51,508 nucleotides of DNA from an uncultured Candidatus Bathyarchaeia archaeon (GTDB lineage Archaea > Thermoproteota > Bathyarchaeia > TCS64): positions 1 to 51,508 of the forward strand of contig CAYGAH010000235.1 of NCBI GenBank assembly GCA_964347685.1, given 5' to 3'. Positions 1 to 7,312 of this stretch are shown piece by piece; the stretch's first letter is position 1, and every line of letters starts with the position of its first letter. Both the position numbers and the translations under genes were made by a program. Under the pieces are notes generated by a model. The model worked only from the letters and a program-made list of their open reading frames with translations, did no database searches and was not told the origin of the DNA.

Positions 1-206
1 TCCTTAAGCCTCTCGGTGAGCTCCCCGACGGTCCTATCGCAGAAGCCTTCCACCAACCTTCTCTCATCTTCACCCGGAGTTAGGCGTGCTAGGATCCCCT
101 CCCTCAGGCTTCCCCATTCATCCAGTCTATCCAAGGCGGGACCTCCCCAGATAAGTTGAGGCAAAGAGTCTTTAAGGTTAGATGCTCCGACGGACGCCCG
201 CTTCAT
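1..206 (-). CDS. 5' end of a CDS that runs off the window (MKRASVGASNLKDSLPQLIWGG...ILARLTPGEDERRLVEGFCDRTVGELTERLK). Possibly a nucleotidyltransferase such as an archaeal CCA-adding enzyme.
   Basis: ATG at 206..204 on the minus strand, open down to position 1, 7 nt downstream of the thpR stop. The 'ILxRLxPxxxERxxVE' stretch resembles the N-terminal helix of archaeal class I CCA-adding enzymes. 68 aa is too short to be sure. Confidence 0.3.
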   Translation of the reverse strand, partial: MKRASVGASNLKDSLPQLIWGGPALDRLDEWGSLREGILARLTPGEDERRLVEGFCDRTVGELTERLK

Positions 207-213
207 CCACGGA

Positions 214-777
214 TCATTCGATGGCCCCGGATTCCGCGAGGGTGGTATAAATAGGCCCCCTGGACGTCAGGATGCTCTTCTTCAGCTGTATGGAGCAAAC
301 CTCGAAACCGCCGAAGGGCTCGTCGGCCAGGGCCATTACCTCGCTCTGCAGCCTTTCCCTGTTCCTGCCGGAGCGGACCCTGCAGATCGTTATATGAGGC
401 TCCCAAGGTCTCCTGTCCGGAGTGAAGCCGACCCCTCCGAGCCTCTCCTCAAGCTCGCCGTGGATCTGTTGGAGTTCAATGGCCCCTTCAGTCGTCCCTA
501 CCCATACCACCCTAGGCCTCTTGAGGTTGGGGAAGACCCCCACGCCCCTCACCTCTGCCCTGAAGGGCTCGAACCCCATCCCGGAGACGAGTCCTGAGAT
601 CTCGCCCACCCTGCCCTCCCTGACGTCGCCGAGGAACCTGAGGGTTACGTGGATGTTCTCACGCTCGACGCACTTCAGGTCGGCGCCAGTCGCTTCAAGC
701 CGCCTCTGGGCCGTCTGGAGGGCATCCAGGGTCGGGTCGTCTCCGATCTCTACCGCGACGAAGCATCTGACGCTCAT
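214..777 (-). CDS. thpR: RNA 2',3'-cyclic phosphodiesterase / 2'-5' RNA ligase family (2H phosphoesterase)
   Basis: 187 aa with the two diagnostic HxT/S motifs (HVTLRFLG and HITICR) at typical spacing. Confidence 0.85.
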   Translation of the reverse strand: MSVRCFVAVEIGDDPTLDALQTAQRRLEATGADLKCVERENIHVTLRFLGDVREGRVGEISGLVSGMGFEPFRAEVRGVGVFPNLKRPRVVWVGTTEGAIELQQIHGELEERLGGVGFTPDRRPWEPHITICRVRSGRNRERLQSEVMALADEPFGGFEVCSIQLKKSILTSRGPIYTTLAESGAIE

Positions 778-804
778 CGTCCCACTTCCCGAATAAGGCG
801 CTCC

Positions 805-814
805 ATAATTTTAT
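805..814. promoter_or_regulatory. AT-rich TATA-like box (ataattttat) in the short divergent spacer between thpR and the DMT transporter
   Basis: It is the only AT-rich element in the 778..857 spacer. It lies about 28 nt upstream of the thpR ATG (777) and about 45 nt upstream of ATG 858. Confidence 0.3.
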
Positions 815-857
815 GATCCTCACTAAACATATTAGCTTCGCCCATAACCCTGATCCA

Positions 858-1730
858 ATGGAGCCCTTCCCCTTCGCCCTGGTGATCGCCTCGGCCCTCT
901 CCCACGCCTCATGGAACATCTTGGCGAAGCAGGGCTCAGACACGGAGGCCTTCATGTGGCTCATGACGGCCACCTCCCTCCTCACCCTCCTGCCCGTTTT
1001 TTACTTCCTCCTCCCGGGCTGGGGGCTTCCCCAGGAGGCGGTCCCGTACCTGATCGTGAGCGCCCTCGCGGAGACCCTTTACTTCGTCTCCCTGGGGAAG
1101 GCGTACGAACTGGGGGACCTCTCCCTAGTCTATCCCCTGGCAAGGTCCTCGCCCCTATTCATAACGGTTCTGGCGGTCTTCCTTCTGGGGGAGAAGGTCT
1201 CCGGCTGGGGCGTCGCTGGCATCCTGCTCATAATTCTGGGCGTTTACACGATCCACCTCAAGAGCCTCGACCGCGGCGATCTACTGATGCCGTTGAGGTC
1301 GCTGAGGGGAAGAGCATCCCAGTTCGCCCTCCTGACGGCCCTAGCGACGACTATCTACAGCCTCGCCGACAAGATGGGGGTGGCGACCGTGGACCCGTTC
1401 GTTTACGCGTTCTGGCTGGAGCCCTTCATATTACTTTTCCTGACGCCCGTTGTAGTCAGTATAAGGGGCCTGAGCGGAATAACATCGGAGTGGAGGGCCT
1501 CGAAGGCCCGAGCGATCGCAGGGGGTTTCCTGATGAGGTTCGGATACATACTGGTCTTGGTGGCCATGAGCTTGGTCCAGGTGAGCTACATCCTGGCCCT
1601 CAGGCAGATAAGCGTGGTTCTGGGAGCCGCGACTGGAGTCCTCCTCCTGAAGGAAAAATACGGGAGGATCCGCCTGATGAGCTCAGTTATCATGTTCATT
1701 GGGGTGTACATCTTAGCCGTTTTGGCTTGA
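858..1730 (+). CDS. EamA/DMT-family membrane transporter (10-TM type)
   Basis: Hydrophobic protein with a duplicated EamA-like pattern (SWNILAK..., LGEKVS, LLKEKYG). The ORF opens at 813, but ATG 858 (MEPFPFALV) leaves room for the divergent promoter. Confidence 0.8.
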   Translation: MEPFPFALVIASALSHASWNILAKQGSDTEAFMWLMTATSLLTLLPVFYFLLPGWGLPQEAVPYLIVSALAETLYFVSLGKAYELGDLSLVYPLARSSPLFITVLAVFLLGEKVSGWGVAGILLIILGVYTIHLKSLDRGDLLMPLRSLRGRASQFALLTALATTIYSLADKMGVATVDPFVYAFWLEPFILLFLTPVVVSIRGLSGITSEWRASKARAIAGGFLMRFGYILVLVAMSLVQVSYILALRQISVVLGAATGVLLLKEKYGRIRLMSSVIMFIGVYILAVLA

Positions 1731-1804
1731 TCCTCGATAAAGCAGGTAAATTGCAGCTAGGCTTAATTTACTAGAAATCACACCGTGTTTTACAACGATC
1801 CAAG

Positions 1805-2719
1805 ATGAGGGCCGTGTTCAACGATCCCTTTGAGGCCGAGGGTAGGTGGTTCAAGGGTAACCTACACACCCACACCACTAACTCAGACGGCGAGATGTCG
1901 ACGGAAACAATAGTGAAGTCGTACAAGGAGGCTGGGTACGACTTCATTTCCATCACCGACCACGGTAAATTGACTCCCACCAGGGGCCTTTCAACCCCCG
2001 ATTTCCTTCTCATACCCGGTGAGGAGGTGTGCGTTGGAGCCTCGGAAGCTGGCAGGTTCTTCCACATCGTGGGCGTCGACATTAGGGACCCCCTGCCCAT
2101 GGAGGACTTCGACAGAGATGCCACGCCCCAGACGGCGATAGACAGCGTCATCGAACTGGGTGGCTCACCCATCGTCGCGCATCCCTACTGGTCAGAGCTG
2201 AACCACATCGATCTGGTGTGGCTCAGTGGGCACCTGGGGATCGAGGTGTACAACACCAACTGCGATCTCACCATCGGCAGGGGCCTCTCATCGGTCCACT
2301 GGGACGGCCTCCTCTCCTCAGGCAAGCGCCCCCTCGGCTTCGCCGTGGACGACGCCCACAGCAGGAGCCGAGCCTTCCTTCCGAACGACTGGTGCAGGGC
2401 ATGGATTACGGTGAAGGCGACGGACCTGACCATTGAAGGGATAATGGAAGGCATCAGGAAGGGGCTGTTCTACTCCAGCAACGGCCCCGAGATAAGGAGC
2501 ATCGAGGTCGAGGACGACAGGGTCAGGGTAGCTACCTCGCCCGTAGTGTCCATAAGCTTCGTCTCGAATGCGGCGATGGGCGAGAAAAACACGGCTGAGA
2601 CGAGCTTCTTAGTAGAGGCTTCATACACGTTAAGAGGGAACGAGAGGTACGTCAGGGTAGAGGCGACCGACAGGGATGGGCGCCGGGCCTGGTCCAACCC
2701 GGTATTCGTTGAGCCCTGA
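1805..2719 (+). CDS. PHP-domain metal-dependent phosphoesterase
   Basis: N-terminal GNLHTHTTNSDG motif, followed by ITDHG and VAHPYW histidine motifs typical of the PHP superfamily. Confidence 0.75.
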   Translation: MRAVFNDPFEAEGRWFKGNLHTHTTNSDGEMSTETIVKSYKEAGYDFISITDHGKLTPTRGLSTPDFLLIPGEEVCVGASEAGRFFHIVGVDIRDPLPMEDFDRDATPQTAIDSVIELGGSPIVAHPYWSELNHIDLVWLSGHLGIEVYNTNCDLTIGRGLSSVHWDGLLSSGKRPLGFAVDDAHSRSRAFLPNDWCRAWITVKATDLTIEGIMEGIRKGLFYSSNGPEIRSIEVEDDRVRVATSPVVSISFVSNAAMGEKNTAETSFLVEASYTLRGNERYVRVEATDRDGRRAWSNPVFVEP

Positions 2720-2790
2720 CCCGAGTTCCACCGTGTCCACCCAGATCAAGCGATTTAAATCTGCCACCTCATCTATTGTCTGGATTAATC

Positions 2791-3570
2791 ATGGGCGGAG
2801 AGGGGGATAAGCTCAGGATAGGCGGCATCACAGACATGTCTACGGTGGACTGGTACGGTAATGTCTCCCTCGTCGTCTTCTTCGCCGGTTGCAACCTCCG
2901 CTGCCCGTACTGCCAGAACTCAAGCCTCATACCCCTAGACTCCGGGGAGGAAGTCGATCTAGAACTGATCCACCAGAGGATAGAGATGAACATGTCCCCC
3001 GTCCCGGAGCTTGACTCGGTGATCTTAACCGGGGGAGAACCCCTGCTCCAGCCCGAAGGCGTGATAGAAGTCGCCAAGATCGTCAAAGGATACGGGTTGA
3101 AGCTAATGCTGGACACCAACGGGAGCCGCGTCGAAGCCCTAAAGGGAATATTGGAGACGGGGCTCATCGATCGGGTCGCCCTCGATGTTAAGGCTCCACT
3201 GGCCCCAGAGGACTACGGGAGGATCATAGGTCACGCCGAACTCGGTGGAGATGTTGCCTCGGCTGTAGAGGGGAGCCTCACACTCTGCGAAGAATACGGT
3301 GTGGAGGTCGAGGCCAGGACGACTGTGGCTCCCACAGTCTCCGAAGACGTCGAATTCATCAGGCGCATCGCTGGAAGCGTCAGGAGTCGGTGCTCAGTCT
3401 ACTACCTCCAGCAGTATGACAACACGGGCGACGTCCTCAGCCCCCTGTTAAAGGGTATGGCTCCCCCTGACAGGGAGAGGATGATCGAACTAGCCCACGT
3501 AGCGCTGGAAGAGGGGGTCGAGGGGGTCTATGTAAAGACCCGGGCCGGGGGTCTGGAGAGGGTTGGTTAG
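2791..3570 (+). CDS. Radical SAM activating enzyme (NrdG/PflA-like glycyl-radical or related activase family)
   Basis: CNLRCPYCQN CxxxCxxC motif preceded by GGITDMSTVDWYGNVS, and LTGGEPL. The ORF opens at TTG 2776; ATG 2791 is preferred. Confidence 0.75.
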   Translation: MGGEGDKLRIGGITDMSTVDWYGNVSLVVFFAGCNLRCPYCQNSSLIPLDSGEEVDLELIHQRIEMNMSPVPELDSVILTGGEPLLQPEGVIEVAKIVKGYGLKLMLDTNGSRVEALKGILETGLIDRVALDVKAPLAPEDYGRIIGHAELGGDVASAVEGSLTLCEEYGVEVEARTTVAPTVSEDVEFIRRIAGSVRSRCSVYYLQQYDNTGDVLSPLLKGMAPPDRERMIELAHVALEEGVEGVYVKTRAGGLERVG

Positions 3571-4126
3571 CGCCGTGCAGCAGAATCGCCTCCTCCTCAT
3601 CACTGGAATGTCGGGCTCGGGGAAGACCACACTGGCCGGCTTCCTGAAGGAGTCGAACTACAGGGTCATAACCATGGGGGACGTGATAAGGGACCTCGCC
3701 AGGGAGAGGGGCCTGGAACCAACTCCCGAGAACCTCGGAAAGCTAGCAAAGGAGATCAGGGATGAGGGGGGAGAGGCAGCCGTCGCGAGGGCTTGCATCC
3801 CCAAGATAAAATCGGAGAACCTCCGCCCGGCGGCCGTCGACGGCATCAGGAGCCTCAGGGAGGTGGAGGCATTCAGGGAAGCCTTAGACACCTTTCTGGT
3901 GGCGGTCCACGCCTCTCCCAGGACCAGGTTCGAGAGGCTGAGAAGGAGGGGGAGGAGCGACGACCCCGAGGACTTCGAGGGCTTCTCCAAGCGCGACCTC
4001 AGGGAGCTAGGATTCAGCATGGGGGACGCGATCGCCATGGCGGAATACATGATAGTAAACGAGGGCGGCTTCGATGATTTCAGGCGGTCATACGTAGAGA
4101 TGGTGGAGCGCCTGAGAGGGCCATGA
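3563..4126 (+). CDS. P-loop nucleotide/nucleoside kinase-like protein (archaeal UPF0200 / dephospho-CoA-kinase-like family)
   Basis: Walker A motif ITGMSGSGKTT at the N-terminus and a size of about 187 aa. It overlaps the upstream stop by 8 nt and the downstream start by 4 nt, which suggests an operon. Confidence 0.65.
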   Translation: MVSAVQQNRLLLITGMSGSGKTTLAGFLKESNYRVITMGDVIRDLARERGLEPTPENLGKLAKEIRDEGGEAAVARACIPKIKSENLRPAAVDGIRSLREVEAFREALDTFLVAVHASPRTRFERLRRRGRSDDPEDFEGFSKRDLRELGFSMGDAIAMAEYMIVNEGGFDDFRRSYVEMVERLRGP

Positions 4127-4509
4127 GCGTTGAACAGGTGAGGATCAGGGTGGTGGTCAACCCCACCGAGAGCACGGAAAAGGTTAGGAGGGCGGTGACC
4201 AACGTCCTGGGAGACATCGACCTCAAGGCCAGGCAGGAGGGTAGCCTCGCAATCCTAGAGGGCGAACTCGGGGGCATAGAATCACTGGAACACCTCAAAG
4301 GGGTGGTGAGGAGGGACAGGATAAGGGACTCTGTCAGGGGGCTCCTCACAAGGGCGGCGGAGGGGGGAAGGCTGAGCTTCGGCCTCAACAAGCAGGCGGC
4401 CTACGCGGGCCACGTCTCCTTCTACCACGAGAGGGAGGCCCCACTGGGCTCCATCCAGATAACCATAATGGGGGACGCAGAAGGGGCCATCAGGTACCTG
4501 TGCGAGTAG
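4123..4509 (+). CDS. UPF0201-family predicted RNA-binding protein (COG1931-like)
   Basis: 128 aa. It shows 'V.V.PTEs.EKV..A..N' at the N-terminus and 'NKQAAyaG.vsF...........PLGsI.I.I' near the C-terminus, as remembered for this archaeal family. Confidence 0.55.
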   Translation: MSVEQVRIRVVVNPTESTEKVRRAVTNVLGDIDLKARQEGSLAILEGELGGIESLEHLKGVVRRDRIRDSVRGLLTRAAEGGRLSFGLNKQAAYAGHVSFYHEREAPLGSIQITIMGDAEGAIRYLCE

Positions 4510-4515
4510 TCCTGA

Positions 4516-4543
4516 GTGGGTTCGGGTCCCGCCCCCTGCGCCA
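4516..4543 (+). other. tRNA 3'-end-like fragment (T-arm, 3' acceptor strand, discriminator and CCA), not an intact tRNA
   Basis: The sequence gtggg-ttcgggt-cccgc-cccctgc-g-cca has the layout T-stem / 7-nt loop / T-stem / 7-nt acceptor / N / CCA. No matching 5' acceptor strand or anticodon arm can be folded upstream, and the T-loop lacks the conserved A58. Confidence 0.25.
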
Positions 4544-4548
4544 GTTTC

Positions 4549-4641
4549 GCGTCAGTGGCAGGTCATATCTATTTTCCCCGGGCGGGTGTGGTTCCCATGT
4601 GCCGTTTTTGTTGGCGGCGTGCGTGTCAGTGGCAGGTCATA
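4549..4641 (+). repeat. Two copies of a direct repeat g(c/t)gtcagtggcaggtcata (4549..4567 and 4623..4641), each followed by a ttttccc(c)gg motif
   Basis: There is an exact 17-nt match, gtcagtggcaggtcata, at 4551..4567 and 4625..4641. Spacing is 74 nt. The flanks are similar (ttttccccggg versus ttttcccggtg). Confidence 0.7.
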
Positions 4642-4777
4642 AGGGTTTTCCCGGTGACACGATGATTTTCCGTTGAACGTAGTTGCGCCTTTCCGTGAAC
4701 TTGTTCTTGTTGCGTGATCTGTTTTTAGTTCCCTTTTTGAACCTGTTTCTGTTGTTCACGTGAATTCCGGCGTCTCT

Positions 4778-4793
4778 CCGGGACCGGTCCCGG
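4778..4793. repeat. Perfect 16-bp GC-rich palindrome ccgggaccggtcccgg
   Basis: The sequence is self-complementary. It is flanked by the related motifs attccgg and gaatccggg. Confidence 0.7.
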
Positions 4794-4980
4794 AGCTGGA
4801 ATCCGGGAGAGGGGTGCGTCGTCTCGTTTGGAGGAGGGGCTGGTCGCTCTATCTGAGCCGGGTGTGTCCTCCCTCCACGGGCTCCATGCGTCGCCCGGTT
4901 GGATAGCCTTGAGATTAACGGCTCTGAAGCCAGAATCCCAATAAGCGGGAATTGAAAGTGGTACGGCTTCAGAACCGTCT

Positions 4981-5394
4981 CTAGGCCCTGTGGGAGGCTC
5001 CACTCCTCTCCCTCGCCCACGTCTCCAAGATGGTCTCCATGGTCTCCCTGGGGAAGTCCCTGAGGAGGCTGTCCATTATGGTCCTGACTATGGCTTTCCT
5101 AAATCCCCCCTCGTCGAGGTTAGCCGTGTATATCCTCCTTCGACCCTCCTTCCCCGTGACCTCTTCATATCTCAGGACTCCCAGCTGGGTCATCTCGTTC
5201 AGGAAGCTTATTATCGAGGCCCTGCTTATAGTCCTGCCCTTCAGGGCCCAGTTGACGTGCTCCCAGACCTCCCTTGACCTTGTTCCGCCTCCCTCCAGGC
5301 CCCAGATGTGTCTGAGGGCCTCCTCCTCGTAATCCCTGAGCACCTTCCTGAGGCCCTCTTTGCCGATGTCGAAGGTGAACGTCACCGCCGTCAC
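4981..5394 (-). CDS. Small winged-helix DNA-binding protein (plasmid/virus-style regulator), family not recognised
   Basis: 137 aa. TISRASIISFLNEMTQLGVLRYEEVTGKEGRRRIY reads as a recognition helix plus wing. It is the only convincing ORF in an otherwise non-coding island. Confidence 0.55.
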   Translation of the reverse strand: MTAVTFTFDIGKEGLRKVLRDYEEEALRHIWGLEGGGTRSREVWEHVNWALKGRTISRASIISFLNEMTQLGVLRYEEVTGKEGRRRIYTANLDEGGFRKAIVRTIMDSLLRDFPRETMETILETWARERSGASHRA

Positions 5395-5479
5395 CTTTTT
5401 GTGTGTTTGAACTGAATCTTCACGTAAACTAAAAAGTTACCAGAGGAAAAATGAGTGGCCCTCGTAGCCGAAAGGCTCG

Positions 5480-5567
5480 TTTTTCTCGTTCTTTCACGGT
5501 TTCCGGGCGTTTTTCTGGGTTTTCCGGCCGGGGTTTCAACCGGGGCTGGAGGCGGTTTCGGCTTTTT
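5480..5567. promoter_or_regulatory. Phased T-tracts (A-tracts on the minus strand) upstream of the wHTH gene; candidate intrinsically bent DNA
   Basis: T runs begin at about 5480, 5489, 5500, 5510, 5520, 5534, 5556 and 5563. Five consecutive tracts are therefore in roughly 10-bp register. Confidence 0.35.
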
Positions 5568-5716
5568 CACGCCGATCTGTGAAAAAAAGAGGCCTTAAAC
5601 AGGCTTATTTGAAGAAACGTGCTGCTAGGAAGCGTGTTTTTAGCAGGAATGAAGCTTGGAGTCCCTTTTCCTTGAAAGAAAGATAAAAATTAGGTCTGTA
5701 AACGAGAGCCGTTATT

Positions 5717-6304
5717 AACCGAACACGGATAGAGCCGTCTCCGCGGCGTCCCTCACGGGCCCCTCATACCTGTCCAGGTCCACCCTTCCCTGTTTGAAGG
5801 TGGCGGGCCTCTCCAGTCAGGTACTTCTCGAAGGCAGTAGAATACAAGGCGGGGGACGGTGGGAGAGGCCCCACGGACGGCGGGGACGGCGCATGCCCCC
5901 GGGGGAGGGCGAGGAGCCGCCGTTCACCCGGCGCGTCTCCTCCGAGGAACGCGACGACACCGGCGGGAGGGACGTGACCCGGAGGGGCTGCCGGTCTTCG
6001 AACCCTTCAGCGAGCGGGAGGAGGCGAGACCCGGAGGCGTCGCTGACGACGGGATCATCGAAATGATATGGTCGAGCCCTATCGCCCTCTTCGCCTCCGA
6101 GATGGCCGGGGAGGCAGGGATGCCGAGGAGGCGGGCGTCGGGCGTCCTCTTCAGGCCGACAGGCAGGACGCCTCCCCCCGTCATGCGGAGGGGGTGGAGA
6201 CGCAGGACGGCCTCGGGGTCGGCGGGCGAGTTCGTCGACGGCGAGGGGAGCCCGTTCTCCGTCTGAGGGGGATCGTGGTCGCGTGGGGAGCCCTCACGTT
6301 TCAA
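5717..6304 (-). pseudogene. Decayed, multiply frameshifted gene of unknown identity
   Basis: Protein-like, GC3-rich segments on the minus strand switch frame. The segments are ...LRMTGGGVLPVGLKRTPDARLLGIPASPAISEAKRAIGLDH / FDDPVVSDASGSRLLPLAEGFEDRQPLRV / GVVAFLGGDAPGE...STAFEKYLTGE / RPATFKQGRVDLDRYEGPVRDAAETALSVFG*. The last one ends at TAA 5717..5719. No single frame stays open. Confidence 0.3.
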
Positions 6305-6467
6305 CCGTCGCTCCGTGTTGCTCCGACCCTTTCCCGCCGCCCTGGGTCCGAATATCCGTGAGGCTCGCAGCGGATCATCCCTCGTCGAGTTTTGTGGTGT
6401 GTGGGCCGGATCCTTTCGCCTCCTCGGACCACGTCACCGGCGCGCGGTGGATGAAGGGATATGTTCC

Positions 6468-7157
6468 TTACCCCTTTCTCCGAGCATAAGCCAGATAGAT
6501 GCCGGCGCCGAGGAGGGTCAGGCCTCCCAGGGCCAAAGGCAAAGAGTATATTTTCATGCCGCCCTCATCTGGTGCCTCAGACGTGCATTCTGGTATCTCT
6601 GCTATGTCTGGGTAGCCCCTGCCCTCCCACGTGCCCTTGTGGTCGTAGTCTACGACCTCTATGCTCTCCACGTACTTGACCCACTTGTATCCCCACCAGC
6701 AGGGAACGACGAGCCGGAAGGGGTACCCTGTCCCCTGGGTCAGGGGCTCACCGTCTGCCTCCACGGCGATGATAACGTCCGGCTCAAGGGCCCTCTCCAG
6801 GGGGAGGCTGCTGCTGTAACCGTCGGAGGCGTAGAAGACGACATCCACGGCCCCAGCCTTTACGCCCGCCAGCCCAAGGAGGGCTGAAACAGGTGGACCA
6901 GTCCAGTTGTATGTGTAAACGTCGTATGCGTTTACCCCCACGTCCTCGGGGGGCCAGCCAACGCAGGTGCAGGTCACCTCCTCGGTGACCAAGGTGAGCC
7001 CCTTGAAATAGCCGTAGGCGATGTTAACTGGGTTCTCGACCAGCCCATATATCCTGATCGTGGGCTCATCTTCATTGGCTGAGGCCTGGTCTGGTAAGAG
7101 AGCCAATCCAACCGTTAGGAGCAGAACCGTCGCGGGCAGGATGGGTGCTCTACTCAA
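6468..7157 (-). CDS. Secreted, membrane-anchored molybdopterin-binding oxidoreductase domain protein (sulfite-oxidase/YedY-fold)
   Basis: Matches the Oxidored_molyb pattern (TCTCVGW..., DGYSSSLPL, GEPLTQGTGYPFRLVVPCWWGYKWVKYVESIEV). A TTG at 7157 gives a clean signal peptide (SRAPILPATVLLLTVGLALLPDQASA). There is a C-terminal TM anchor plus RRKG. The ORF track extends to 7265 through AT-rich sequence. Confidence 0.7.
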   Translation of the reverse strand: MSRAPILPATVLLLTVGLALLPDQASANEDEPTIRIYGLVENPVNIAYGYFKGLTLVTEEVTCTCVGWPPEDVGVNAYDVYTYNWTGPPVSALLGLAGVKAGAVDVVFYASDGYSSSLPLERALEPDVIIAVEADGEPLTQGTGYPFRLVVPCWWGYKWVKYVESIEVVDYDHKGTWEGRGYPDIAEIPECTSEAPDEGGMKIYSLPLALGGLTLLGAGIYLAYARRKG

Positions 7158-7312
7158 GCCGGAATCAGATTCTTCGAAACACCGCCGAATAAATAGGTTG
7201 GTCCAGAAGTCTGTATTTTCAGATTCGACCCATTGACAGGAGATGGCAGGTTTGTTATATATCAAGTAATATTATTGTGGCATCAGTAGGTACCTGATCA
7301 GAGGTATTAGAC

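Noticed and set aside
4477-4543. Possibility of an intact tRNA gene ending at the CCA at 4541..4543.
   Set aside because: The required 5' acceptor strand (GCAGGGG) is absent, since the sequence reads gcagaag. No anticodon stem can be paired, the region overlaps the UPF0201 CDS, and the T-loop lacks A58. It is retained only as a fragment.
4549-4641. Possibility that the 17-19-nt direct repeats are a CRISPR array.
   Set aside because: There are only two copies. The repeats are too short, the spacing of 74 nt is not CRISPR-like, and no further copies or cas genes occur in the window.
4637-5020. ORFs 4637..5020(-) and 4725..5003(-) in the non-coding island.
   Set aside because: The translations are low-complexity (runs of R/N/K/P). 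They overlap palindromes and T-tracts and each other, so they are more plausibly non-coding structured DNA.
5794-6887. Plus-strand ORFs 5794..6066, 5859..6266, 6068..6361 and 6315..6887.
   Set aside because: They are Arg/Gly/Pro-rich shadows of the decayed minus-strand gene and of the molybdopterin-domain gene. They have no motifs, and GC3 is better on the minus strand.
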